A stretch of 59,726 nt of DNA, the filler included. It is 4 parts of 4 records of this genome, joined end to end, with 100 filler letters (N's around TTAATTAATTAA, not from the genome) between each part and the next. Parts side by side here need not be neighbours in the genome. Positions count along the whole stretch, not along the records: positions 32,858 to 50,911 come from SRR31156797_202; 3 more parts are not named here. One strand, written 5' to 3'. Both the position numbers and the translations under genes were made by a program. Positions 38,829 through 48,622 of this stretch are shown piece by piece (positions within the stretch are counted from its first letter, which is position 1; each line of letters begins with the position of its first letter). The notes under the pieces were generated by a model. That model was not told where the DNA came from. It did no database searches and saw nothing but the letters and a program-made list of their open reading frames with translations.

Positions 38829-39530
38829 CTAATAGTTTGATAGACTTACTACATTACATGCCACAACACCGGCAGTTTCGGTTCTTAATCTGCTATCACC
38901 CAATGTAATTTCTTCAAACCCATTTTCTTTGGCTAATTCAACTTCTTCGGGACTAAAATCTCCCTCCGGTCCAATTAGGATAAGACATTTGGACTTTGGT
39001 TTACAAAGCTTTTTAAGGTGTGATTTATCACCATCGTAACAATGAGCAATAAATTTATCACCATCGAAATTTGTTTTTACCAAATCCGAAAATTTTGTCA
39101 GTTCGTTTAGGGTTGGATGATAGGCTTTTAAAGATTGTTTAACCGCCGAAGTAATTACTTTAAGCAATCTGTCGTGTTTTATTATTTTTCGTTCTGAATG
39201 TTTGCAAAGCAATGGAGTAAACTCACTTATCCCTATTTCGGTGCATTTTTCAAGAAACCATTCTGTTCTGTCAATATTTTTGGTAGGAGCCAAGGCAATA
39301 TGCAGGTCATAGTTGAGTTTACCAAACTCTTTGTGTGTCTCAATGCATTCTACAGTACATCTTTTGGGATGTGCATCAATAATTTTTGCTTTAAACAAGG
39401 ATCCTTTTCCATCAATTAAATGGATGATATCATCTACATTTAATCTTAAAACACGAACACAATGTTTCGATTCAACTTCATCAAGCTGATAATACTGATC
39501 TTGAATATCTGGTGTATAAAATAAATTCAT
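38829..39530 (-). CDS. rsmE: 16S rRNA m3U1498 methyltransferase
   Basis: HCVRVLRL, EKCTEIG, LIGPEGDFS and LGDSRLRTETA. Confidence 0.95.
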   Translation of the reverse strand: MNLFYTPDIQDQYYQLDEVESKHCVRVLRLNVDDIIHLIDGKGSLFKAKIIDAHPKRCTVECIETHKEFGKLNYDLHIALAPTKNIDRTEWFLEKCTEIGISEFTPLLCKHSERKIIKHDRLLKVITSAVKQSLKAYHPTLNELTKFSDLVKTNFDGDKFIAHCYDGDKSHLKKLCKPKSKCLILIGPEGDFSPEEVELAKENGFEEITLGDSRLRTETAGVVACNVVSLSNY

Positions 39531-39603
39531 TTACTGCTTAATTATCTTTAGGGCTGCAAATTTAGTTTTTGTATCGTTATTCTCTTTGCATATCGGTAAG
39601 TAT

Positions 39604-40803
39604 TTACCAAATCATTTGATCTTGGAACTTAGCAGCTAGAATAAATGCGATTACAGAAAAGATTAATCCAAACATAAATATGGTGTAAGAAGTTCTTAAA
39701 AAGCGATATTTCTTTCCCAATACTTTTCCCAGATAATACTGATCTTTAATCAAACTATCATACAATTCATCGTAATCGGTAATCATTCCTTTTAAAGCTT
39801 TTGAATAGACTTCCAAATCCATATTGTGGAAGTTCCCAAAGAACAAAAGATTAACTCTTTTCTTTTTCACATCTTCTTCAGTGAATTTACCATCTGTAAC
39901 TATTGGACGAGTAGCCATAACCGAATAGGTAATGGTAAATAAACAGACAATTAATAGAATTATACAAGGAATAATAAAGTGTGGTACTTCGCCTATATTT
40001 TTAAAAATAAAAAAGATTGCAGATATAATAATGGCATTAACAGAAATCATTAGATTGGCTTTAGAATCAGCAATCGAGCTTAAATTAATCTGATTTCGTG
40101 CCGTCACCTTAAACATGGTTTCAATACCTCGCTGGGGAGCTTTAAGTTTTAGATTTTGACGCTCAAGTTTGTTGACTATTTCGGTTAGTTTTTTAATTTC
40201 CTTATCCTGATAATTCCCTACTTTCTCTACAACTTTTTGATAGTTAACCTCTTTTTTCTTTGCATAAACCTTTTTGCCAAATTTTGTTTTGTATCTATGA
40301 TCCTGCAAAAACTTTAAGGTTTGTTCCCAGTAGGATTTAGCTGGAATTTCGTGATGATACAAATTGCCTTTTTCTTCACGAAGTTTTTCGGAACTCTTCA
40401 TGTAATTTTTTGATGCAAAATGATGCAAATCTGCATCGCATAATGCATTGCATACAGGTTCATCACATGGGATGTGAGGGATTTTAGTATGCAAGATAGC
40501 CTCTTCTATTTTCGCTATCTTATTTTCATTGTAATTATTATCAGAAAGAAATTTTCTGGCATTTTTTGCACTAATTTCCTCATGGGTTCTAAAATCTTCG
40601 TAATAGCCCGAATCATGAAACCAAGCAGCTAGAATTAAAATTTCAGTATCCTCCTCTGATAATTCAATTTCTGCCGCAATTTTGCCAGAATGCTTCACTA
40701 CATTTTGTGTGTGTTCCAAATTGTGATAAGTGAAAATAGGTCGGTAACTCTCTTCAATTAGGTTAGTAACGTATTTCTCAGCTTTTTGGATAATATTCAT
40801 CAT
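39604..40803 (-). CDS. HD-domain phosphohydrolase fused to a C-terminal DUF5706 (PycTM-like) membrane domain
   Basis: YHNLEHT, AAWFHDSGY and CDADL (HD fold); then SSIADSKANLMISVN, TMs, ATRP, NLLFFGNF and DQYYLGKVLGKKY. Confidence 0.85.
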   Translation of the reverse strand: MMNIIQKAEKYVTNLIEESYRPIFTYHNLEHTQNVVKHSGKIAAEIELSEEDTEILILAAWFHDSGYYEDFRTHEEISAKNARKFLSDNNYNENKIAKIEEAILHTKIPHIPCDEPVCNALCDADLHHFASKNYMKSSEKLREEKGNLYHHEIPAKSYWEQTLKFLQDHRYKTKFGKKVYAKKKEVNYQKVVEKVGNYQDKEIKKLTEIVNKLERQNLKLKAPQRGIETMFKVTARNQINLSSIADSKANLMISVNAIIISAIFFIFKNIGEVPHFIIPCIILLIVCLFTITYSVMATRPIVTDGKFTEEDVKKKRVNLLFFGNFHNMDLEVYSKALKGMITDYDELYDSLIKDQYYLGKVLGKKYRFLRTSYTIFMFGLIFSVIAFILAAKFQDQMIW

Positions 40804-40975
40804 TCGTTCTATTCTTTAAACTATCACTATATATTTGACTGAATAAATATAATCATTAAAGCGGAAAAGATTTTATTAATTATATAGAAATGGCTGCCTG
40901 TACCTTTTTTATTGGGAATTGAGTCTTATTTATGTAATTTTATAATTCATTTTGGTTTGAACTCAACATTACGAT

Positions 40976-41908
40976 ATGTCAAATTTTTTTCGATTGATAA
41001 TTATAGTATCTACTTTGGTTTTTATTCTTGAGGCATGTGGACAAACAGCGAATAAAGATAAAATGATTTATCTTCTCGAAGACTTCGATGATTTTCCATA
41101 TGACATCTACAATCCAACAGAAAAGTTTGTACTTAAAGACGCTTTAAGAGAAATTTCAGGATTGACATATTATAATGAAAACTCTTTGCTTTGCGTTAAT
41201 GATGAAAAGGGAATTGTTTATAAGTATCATTTAAATAAAAAGGAAGTAACAAAGAAATATCATTTTGAGAAATCAGGAGATTATGAGGGATTGGAAATAA
41301 TTGATTCTTTGGTGTATGTTTTGCGTTCTGATGGTAAAGTTTTTAAGATAAATAATTTGAAAGGGAAAAATACAAATACCATTAAACGGAGCACAATATT
41401 AAATGCCGGTAACGATACGGAAGGATTGGGTTATGACGCTGGTAGTAATTCTTTATTAATAGCGTGCAAAGGAAACCCTGCAAGAGGGAATAAATATCTA
41501 GGGAAAAGAGCGATTTATAAATATTCTTTGGATAAGAATGAATTGATTAATACTCCATATTTATTAATTGATCAGGGACAGATTCGAAAAATATTGGAAT
41601 TTAATGGTTATGCTCGATTTTCGGTTAAATTATTTGAAAATTTGAATCCCGCAGAAGGAGACATTACTTTTCAACCATCTGCTGTATCCGTGCATCCAAT
41701 TACCAATAATATTTACGTTTTGGGTTCTGTGGGCAAATTATTACTTGTTTTGAATTCAGAAGGAGAAATTCAGGCAGTGGTAAAGTTGAAACGTAAAATA
41801 TTCCGACAACCAGAGGGAATCTGTTTTGCACCCGATGGAACAATGTTTATATCAAATGAAGGTAAAGGAAGTAAAGCTAATATATTGCAATTCAAATTCA
41901 ATAAATAG
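40976..41908 (+). CDS. SdiA-regulated/YjiK-like beta-propeller lipoprotein
   Basis: Lipobox-like LEAC; EISGL, VNDEKG, DYEGL, DTEGL and QPEGI...SNEG repeats. Confidence 0.75.
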   Translation: MSNFFRLIIIVSTLVFILEACGQTANKDKMIYLLEDFDDFPYDIYNPTEKFVLKDALREISGLTYYNENSLLCVNDEKGIVYKYHLNKKEVTKKYHFEKSGDYEGLEIIDSLVYVLRSDGKVFKINNLKGKNTNTIKRSTILNAGNDTEGLGYDAGSNSLLIACKGNPARGNKYLGKRAIYKYSLDKNELINTPYLLIDQGQIRKILEFNGYARFSVKLFENLNPAEGDITFQPSAVSVHPITNNIYVLGSVGKLLLVLNSEGEIQAVVKLKRKIFRQPEGICFAPDGTMFISNEGKGSKANILQFKFNK

Positions 41909-41936
41909 TTTAGATCTTAAATAATAGGTTAATTAT

Positions 41937-44900
41937 ATGAAGAGGATATTTTCACTTTTTGGAATGTTGATGGCAGCATTGATTGTATATTCACAGGAAT
42001 CATCCGTAGTTAAGGCTCCTAATCAAAATTTGTTGGATCATAGCATATTTTTTATTGGTGATTTGGGTGAAGCGAATAATGTAAAGGCCAACCTTTCAAT
42101 GCTCCAGTTGCAAATGAATGAGGTAGGAAAAAAGGGAACTCTCGTGTTTCTCGGAAATACCATTTCAAAGGAGTATGCAAAAGAAGAAGTTGAAGACATT
42201 AATTTAGGTGATCAAAACCTTCTTGAATTGTTAGATATAGCTAAAGGATTTGAGGGAGAATTTATTTTTATGCCTGGTGAGAAGGAATGGAATCAGGGGC
42301 ATAAACATGGTTGGGAGGCAATTCTAAATTTGGAAACTTATATTGAAGATTACATAGGAAAGGGAGATGTATTTTTACCATCGGGAGGTTGTCCAGGACC
42401 TGTAGAAATTGAATTAACGGATGATGTTGTCTTATTAGTTATCGATTCGCAATGGTGGTTGCATGCTGCAGATAAACCAGAAGCAGAATGTGGGCTTGAG
42501 AATTCTTCAGATTTCTTGATCATGATTAATGATGCCTTGAAAAGAAATAAAAACAAAAAAATTGTTTTCGCAGCTCATCACCCTATGTATAGTGCGGGAA
42601 AACATGGAGGGAATTTTCCATTCCCAGGACCGGTAGCTTTGTATCGAAAACTTTTTGGAACACCTCAGGATTTTGCTTATCCATTTTACAAGCAAATAAG
42701 ATATATGGGGCGCAAACTAAATGCGAGTTACGACAATATTATTTCAGTTTCGGCTCATGATAATAGTTTGCAGTTTACAAAGAAAGATCAATCGTTCTAT
42801 GTTGTTTCTGGCTCAGGTAGTAAGTCTGATTATGTATCAAAAAAGAAAATGGATTTTGCTGTAAGTGAAATTGGTTTTTCTAAATTGAATTTCTATTCCA
42901 ACAATGAAGTATGGCTTGAAATGTGGTCGGTTGGAGAGAATGGGAATGAAGCACCTAAAGCGATATTCAGGCAAAAATTGTACACTAAAAAGATATTGTC
43001 AAAAGAAGATTTGGCACACAAATATAAAAATATAGATTTTTCGGATAGTACAATTACCATTGCGGCTAGCAAAATGTATGAGACCGATAGCAAATCGAAA
43101 AGAAAATTACTTGGGAATAATTATCGAAAGGAATGGGCAACTCCAATAACTGTTCCGGTATTTGATATTGGTACTGAAAAGGGGGGGGTAAAAATATTAA
43201 AACGAGGAGGTGGTCAGCAAACTCGATCATTAAGATTAGAAGCAAAGAATGGGAAACAGTACGTTTTAAGATCGGTAGAAAAATATACAGAAAAGGCTAT
43301 TCCTCCCGGCTTACGAGGCACTTTTGCTGCTGAAATAGTGCAGGATGGAATATCTAATTCTTATCCTTATGCAGCTATTGCGGTTCCAAAATTGGCTGAT
43401 GCTGCCGGTGTTTACCATACCAATCCAAAAATTGTTTATGTGCCGGATGATCCACGATTGGGAATTTATCAGGAAGATTTTAAAAATGAATTGTATCTGT
43501 ACGAAGAACGTCCTAAAGGTGATATGAGTGATGAACCTTCGTTTGGTAATGCAAACGACGTTTGGGGAACCGACAAATTGATTGAAAGAAGACTGAAAAA
43601 TGCGGAGGTTCAAATTGATGAAACTGCGGTTTTAAGAGCTCGATTATTCGATATTTTTCTGAATGATTGGGATAGACACGATGATCAGTGGCGTTGGGCA
43701 ATCTTTAATAAGGATGATAAAAAAATCGCCCGACCAATACCAAGAGATCGTGATCAGGTTTTCTTTTATAGTGATGGATCGCTAACTTATTTGATGAGAA
43801 GAAAATGGGCAATGCCTAAGTTTCAGGTGTTCGATTCTATCGTTGAAAATGTTGTGGGACTAGGATTTAATGCCAGATATTTTGATCGTAACTTTTTGCA
43901 ATCGAAAACCAAAAACGATTGGTTAAAGATGGCTGAAGAATTAAAATTGAGCATTACCGATGAAATTATAGAAACCGCAATAAAAGATTTGCCTCAGGAA
44001 GTTTATCAGATTTCTGGTAAGGAGCTGGAAAGTAAACTGATTGCGAGAAGGGATCAATTGCCTAAATTAGCATCTGACTTTTATGATTTTTTAGCGAAAA
44101 GTGTAGATGTAGTAGGGACCAACGAAAATGAAGATTTTGATGCCAAATGGGATGAGGATGGAAATTTAAAAGTTGAGGTTCGAAGATTGAGTAAAAAAGG
44201 GAAGAAGAAAGAGAAGTTGTTTGAGCGTAAATTTTTAAACTCAGAAACCGAGGAGGTAAGAATTTACGGATTAAGTGGAAAAGATAAGTTTGATATTAAA
44301 GGAAAAAATATCAATGGAGTAAAGCTTAAAATTGTTGGAGGTAAAGGAAAAGATAAATATGATCTTGAAAATACCAAACGTCAAAATATAGCCATTTACG
44401 ATAAGAGTAAGACTAAGGTAAAAGGTGATGGAGCTTATAAGAATAATTTGTCGAAAAACCCAAATGTTAATGTTTACGACAGAAAATCTTATAAATACGA
44501 CATTGTAAGTCCTGCAGCGAACTTGAATTATGTGAGTGATGATGGTTTGATTCTTGGAGCAGGTGTAAATATTAAAAAGCAAAATTTTAGAAAGGAACCT
44601 TATGGTTCAATGCATAAATTCTTGGTGAATTATGCTTTTATGTATCCTTCGGTTGAATTCAAGTATTCAGGAGAGATGATAGGTGTATTCAAAGGACTTG
44701 ATTTGTTGACGAGCTTAAATTACAATACTCCTAATTTTCAGGGATATTATTATGGCTTAGGAAACGAAACGGATAATCCTGAGAGTGATGATAATAAGTA
44801 CAACCGAATACGAATGGGTAATACTGAAATTCAATTGCAATTGAGAAAACAAATTGGAGCCAAGCAGAGTATCTCATTTGGTCCGTTTTTTCAACAATTG

Positions 44901-45551
44901 GAATTGAAAGCAACTTCTGACAGGTTTGTTACTGATTTTACAAATCCGGATAATGATTTAAATCCACTTACTGATTTTAATACAAGAAAATATTTTGGAA
45001 TTGGGGCGAATTACACATTAGATACTCGTGATAGTAAAGTTGTACCTTCTAGAGGTATCTATTGGAGTAATTCTTGGAAGTTTTACCGAGGTTTGGAGAA
45101 AAACGATCACAATTTCCAAAAGATGGAAACTGACTTACGATTTTATGCTAGCTTAGGAAGACCACAACGTAGTATTATAGCACTTCGATTTGGTGCGGCT
45201 CATAATACTAGTGGGTATTCATTTTACCAAGCAAATAAATTAGGATTAGGATCCAATTTAAGAGGATATCGTCGAGACCGATTTGCAGGAGATGATATTG
45301 TTTATCAGAATACCGATTACCGATTCCGTTTGGCTAAATTCAGATCTTATTTCTTTGGTGGAGAGATGGGATTATTGGCATTTAATGATTTTGGAAGAGT
45401 TTGGTTAGATCGTGAAGACTCAGACAAATGGCATCACGGATATGGTGGTGGCTTCTGGATTTCACCATTCAAATTAATGGTGATAACTGCCAATTATGGT
45501 ATGTCTGAAGAGGAGAACATCTTCTCCTTGGAGTTTAAATACATGTTTTAA
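41937..45551 (+). CDS. Secreted metallophosphoesterase-like + kinase-like + Omp85 (BamA/TamA-type) beta-barrel fusion
   Basis: Signal peptide; FIGD..., IDSQWW, HHP (calcineurin-like fold); GGGQQT.SLRL...YVLRS and NDWDRHDDQW; C-terminal LRGYRRDRFAG, DFGRVW, GYGGG and terminal Phe. Confidence 0.75.
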   Translation: MKRIFSLFGMLMAALIVYSQESSVVKAPNQNLLDHSIFFIGDLGEANNVKANLSMLQLQMNEVGKKGTLVFLGNTISKEYAKEEVEDINLGDQNLLELLDIAKGFEGEFIFMPGEKEWNQGHKHGWEAILNLETYIEDYIGKGDVFLPSGGCPGPVEIELTDDVVLLVIDSQWWLHAADKPEAECGLENSSDFLIMINDALKRNKNKKIVFAAHHPMYSAGKHGGNFPFPGPVALYRKLFGTPQDFAYPFYKQIRYMGRKLNASYDNIISVSAHDNSLQFTKKDQSFYVVSGSGSKSDYVSKKKMDFAVSEIGFSKLNFYSNNEVWLEMWSVGENGNEAPKAIFRQKLYTKKILSKEDLAHKYKNIDFSDSTITIAASKMYETDSKSKRKLLGNNYRKEWATPITVPVFDIGTEKGGVKILKRGGGQQTRSLRLEAKNGKQYVLRSVEKYTEKAIPPGLRGTFAAEIVQDGISNSYPYAAIAVPKLADAAGVYHTNPKIVYVPDDPRLGIYQEDFKNELYLYEERPKGDMSDEPSFGNANDVWGTDKLIERRLKNAEVQIDETAVLRARLFDIFLNDWDRHDDQWRWAIFNKDDKKIARPIPRDRDQVFFYSDGSLTYLMRRKWAMPKFQVFDSIVENVVGLGFNARYFDRNFLQSKTKNDWLKMAEELKLSITDEIIETAIKDLPQEVYQISGKELESKLIARRDQLPKLASDFYDFLAKSVDVVGTNENEDFDAKWDEDGNLKVEVRRLSKKGKKKEKLFERKFLNSETEEVRIYGLSGKDKFDIKGKNINGVKLKIVGGKGKDKYDLENTKRQNIAIYDKSKTKVKGDGAYKNNLSKNPNVNVYDRKSYKYDIVSPAANLNYVSDDGLILGAGVNIKKQNFRKEPYGSMHKFLVNYAFMYPSVEFKYSGEMIGVFKGLDLLTSLNYNTPNFQGYYYGLGNETDNPESDDNKYNRIRMGNTEIQLQLRKQIGAKQSISFGPFFQQLELKATSDRFVTDFTNPDNDLNPLTDFNTRKYFGIGANYTLDTRDSKVVPSRGIYWSNSWKFYRGLEKNDHNFQKMETDLRFYASLGRPQRSIIALRFGAAHNTSGYSFYQANKLGLGSNLRGYRRDRFAGDDIVYQNTDYRFRLAKFRSYFFGGEMGLLAFNDFGRVWLDREDSDKWHHGYGGGFWISPFKLMVITANYGMSEEENIFSLEFKYMF

Positions 45552-45631
45552 TTAGACAATAAAAATAGGGCGGGAGTATGAATTTTTATAATTTTGACTC
45601 GTTGAATAGTACAAAGGAAAATAAATAGCGA

Positions 45632-47995
45632 ATGAAAGTTTGTATTGCTGAGAAACCCAGTGTAGCAAGAGAAATAGCCTTAATATTGGGCGCTAAATCA
45701 AAGAGAGATGGTTATTTTGAAGGAAATGGATATCAAATATCCTGGACCTTTGGGCATTTGTGTACGCTAAAAGAGCCACATGAATACGATCTGAACTGGA
45801 AATATTGGCATTTAAATGATCTTCCTATAATACCTCCTAGGTTCAGTATCCGCGTAATTCCTGACAAAGGAGTTCAAAAGCAATTCGATATTTTAGAAAA
45901 ATTGATTTCTGGTGCCGAAGAGGTTATAAATTGTGGTGATGCCGGAATAGAAGGAGAAGTGATTCAACGTTGGGTATTGCATAAAGCAAAATGCAATGTG
46001 CCTATAAAGCGATTGTGGATTTCATCGCTAACAGAGGAAGCAATTCGTGAAGGCTTTCAGAATTTGAGAGAAGGAAGTGATTTTGATAAACTCTATGCTG
46101 CTGGTTCTTCAAGAGCTATTGGGGATTGGTTATTAGGAATTAATGCAACCAGACTGTATACACTAAAATATTCCAATGGTAAATCAGTTTTATCAATTGG
46201 TAGAGTGCAAACTCCAACTTTGGCACTAATCGTTAATCGCCAAAAGGAGATAGAAAATTTTAAACCGCAAACCTACTGGGAGCTAAAAACAGTTTATCGC
46301 GAAGTTAGCTTTGCAGCTACACGAGGTCGATTTGATAAAAAAGAGGAAGGTGTTGCTTTTCTTGATCAGATAAAATCGGAACCTTTCGAGATTGTTTCGC
46401 AAGTAAAGAAGAGTGGGAAAGAACAGCCACCTAGGTTGTATGATTTGACTTCACTTCAGGTGGATTGCAATAGAAAATTAAATTTATCAGCAGAGGAAAC
46501 TCTAAGAATTATTCAAAGTTTATACGAGAAGAAATTAACTACTTATCCTAGAGTAGATACAACCTATCTTTCTGATGATATTTATAAAAAGATTCCAGGA
46601 ATTCTTCAAAAATTAGCCCCTTATAAGGAATTTGTAGATCCTTTGTTAAAAGATAAAATCAGGAAATCGAAGAAGGTTTTTGATGATAAGAAAGTGACGG
46701 ATCACCATGCAATTATTCCAACAGGAGTGAATCCTTCAGGAATAAATTACGATGAAAGGCAAGTATATGATTTGGTTACCCGACGATTTATATCCGTATT
46801 TTATCCCGATTGTAAGGTAAGTAACACCACAGTAATGGGTAAGGTTACCGATATCGATTTTAAAGCGACAGGGAAGCAAATTGTAGATCCGGGATGGCGC
46901 GTTTTATATGCTAAGGATAGTAATGTTGGAGAAGGAGTTATACTTCCTGCATTTGAGAAAGGAGAGAGTGGAGAACATGTTCCCGATTTAGCTGAGAAAC
47001 AAACGCAGCCACCAAAGTATTATTCAGAGGCAACTTTATTGCGTGCCATGGAAACTGCGGGTAAGCAGGTTGATGATGATGAACTTCGTGATTTAATGAA
47101 GGAAAATGGAATTGGTCGTCCTTCAACCCGTGCGAATATTATTGAAACCTTGTTTAAGCGAAGATATATAAAGAAAGAAAAGAAAAGACTTGTGGCAACG
47201 GTTACAGGTGTTCAATTGATCGATACCATTCAGAACGAATTACTGAAATCAGCTGAGCTTACGGGGCAATGGGAGAAGAAATTGAAGGATATTGAATTGG
47301 GGAATTTTGAGGTGAACCAATTTATGGCTGAGCTGAAAAATATGGTTGTTGGAATTGTTTGGGATGTAAAATCTCGCAAGAAGATCAGTCAAATTGAGGT
47401 GATTGACGAAGAGAAAGAAAAGGAAAAGAAAAAGCTTGAGGCGAAGAATAAAAAAGCAGCTCCAGTCGAATTAACATGCCCTAAATGTAAGGAAGGTAAG
47501 ATTGTAAAAGGAAAATCGGTCTGGGGATGTACCAATTGGAAAAATGGATGTGAAATTAGGATTCCATTCGAATTTGCAGAGAAAAAACTAACCGATAAGC
47601 AAGTTGAAGCACTTATTCTTAAAGGTAAAACACCTAAGATAAAAGGTTTTGTTGTTGATGGGGTGAAAAAGAATGGAAATTTGGTTTTAGATCCTGATTT
47701 TTCGGTGAGCATATTGGAAGAGGAGAAAGAAGTTTGGACCTGTCCTATTTGTAAAAACGGAAGCATGCTGAAGGGGAATGCAGCTTATGGTTGCTCCAAT
47801 TACAAGAATGGTTGTAAGTTTGTTGTTCCATTTGTTTTTTTGGAGAAGAAGCTTAGCGAAGCTCAAATAAAATCATTGGTTACTCAGCAAAAAACAGCTT
47901 TAATTAAAGGCTTTACTGATGCTCAATCGCAAGAAAAGATCAATGGGAAATTGATAATTGACAACAATGGGCAAATTGTTTTTGGGAAACAGTAA
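45632..47995 (+). CDS. topB: DNA topoisomerase III
   Basis: IAEKPSVA, NCGDAGIEGE, GRVQTPTL, LYEKKLTTYPRVD and GIGRPSTRA; two C-terminal Cys-containing repeats. Confidence 0.94.
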   Translation: MKVCIAEKPSVAREIALILGAKSKRDGYFEGNGYQISWTFGHLCTLKEPHEYDLNWKYWHLNDLPIIPPRFSIRVIPDKGVQKQFDILEKLISGAEEVINCGDAGIEGEVIQRWVLHKAKCNVPIKRLWISSLTEEAIREGFQNLREGSDFDKLYAAGSSRAIGDWLLGINATRLYTLKYSNGKSVLSIGRVQTPTLALIVNRQKEIENFKPQTYWELKTVYREVSFAATRGRFDKKEEGVAFLDQIKSEPFEIVSQVKKSGKEQPPRLYDLTSLQVDCNRKLNLSAEETLRIIQSLYEKKLTTYPRVDTTYLSDDIYKKIPGILQKLAPYKEFVDPLLKDKIRKSKKVFDDKKVTDHHAIIPTGVNPSGINYDERQVYDLVTRRFISVFYPDCKVSNTTVMGKVTDIDFKATGKQIVDPGWRVLYAKDSNVGEGVILPAFEKGESGEHVPDLAEKQTQPPKYYSEATLLRAMETAGKQVDDDELRDLMKENGIGRPSTRANIIETLFKRRYIKKEKKRLVATVTGVQLIDTIQNELLKSAELTGQWEKKLKDIELGNFEVNQFMAELKNMVVGIVWDVKSRKKISQIEVIDEEKEKEKKKLEAKNKKAAPVELTCPKCKEGKIVKGKSVWGCTNWKNGCEIRIPFEFAEKKLTDKQVEALILKGKTPKIKGFVVDGVKKNGNLVLDPDFSVSILEEEKEVWTCPICKNGSMLKGNAAYGCSNYKNGCKFVVPFVFLEKKLSEAQIKSLVTQQKTALIKGFTDAQSQEKINGKLIIDNNGQIVFGKQ

Positions 47996-48109
47996 GTTCA
48001 TTTACCAGCTTAGGATTCTGACTATAGTTCAGATTCCTAATATAATGAGAAGTGTTAAACTTGAAAAAAATTGAGAGCCCGAACTGGAGTCGGGATCTCA
48101 AGATCATAT

Positions 48110-48610
48110 TTAATCTTTATATTTTTTAGGAAATTCGTACAATGAAATTTTTCCGGTTCGTGCATCAATATCTTGCCAATTGTCAACATCGAATTCAACA
48201 CCAATAACGGTACAAGTAGGAACATACTCGTAAAACTCCTCGCTTAAATTAAAAGCCAGATATTCTATGCTCGGGTTGTGTCCAACTACCATTATGCACT
48301 CATTATCCTTTCCATGATGATCCAACATTCCTAAAAACTCTTGCGTTGTAAAACCATCATACAGTTCATCCATTTTAACAATGTTCTCCAATGGATAATG
48401 CAATACTTTGGCAAACAAATTGGCTGTTTGTATAGCTCTGTTTGCTGTGCTAGAAAGCATTAAATCAGGTATTGCTTTCTTAAGTAGCAGTTTGTTGGCA
48501 ATTAGCTTAGAGTCATTTATTCCACGATCTTTTAAATTTCGTTGGAAATCGGTGATATCATACCGAATTACTTCCGTTTTTGCGTGTCGAACCAGAAATA
48601 GGCGTTTCAT
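48110..48610 (-). CDS. sixA: SixA-like histidine phosphatase
   Basis: LVRHAK, SSTANRAIQT and VGHNP. Confidence 0.82.
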   Translation of the reverse strand: MKRLFLVRHAKTEVIRYDITDFQRNLKDRGINDSKLIANKLLLKKAIPDLMLSSTANRAIQTANLFAKVLHYPLENIVKMDELYDGFTTQEFLGMLDHHGKDNECIMVVGHNPSIEYLAFNLSEEFYEYVPTCTVIGVEFDVDNWQDIDARTGKISLYEFPKKYKD

Positions 48611-48622
48611 AGTTTTGGTTTG

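Noticed and set aside
31879-40803. Two DUF5706-like proteins about 7 kb apart acting as one system
   Set aside because: They are separated by the spacer at 32758-32857; no physical linkage is shown.
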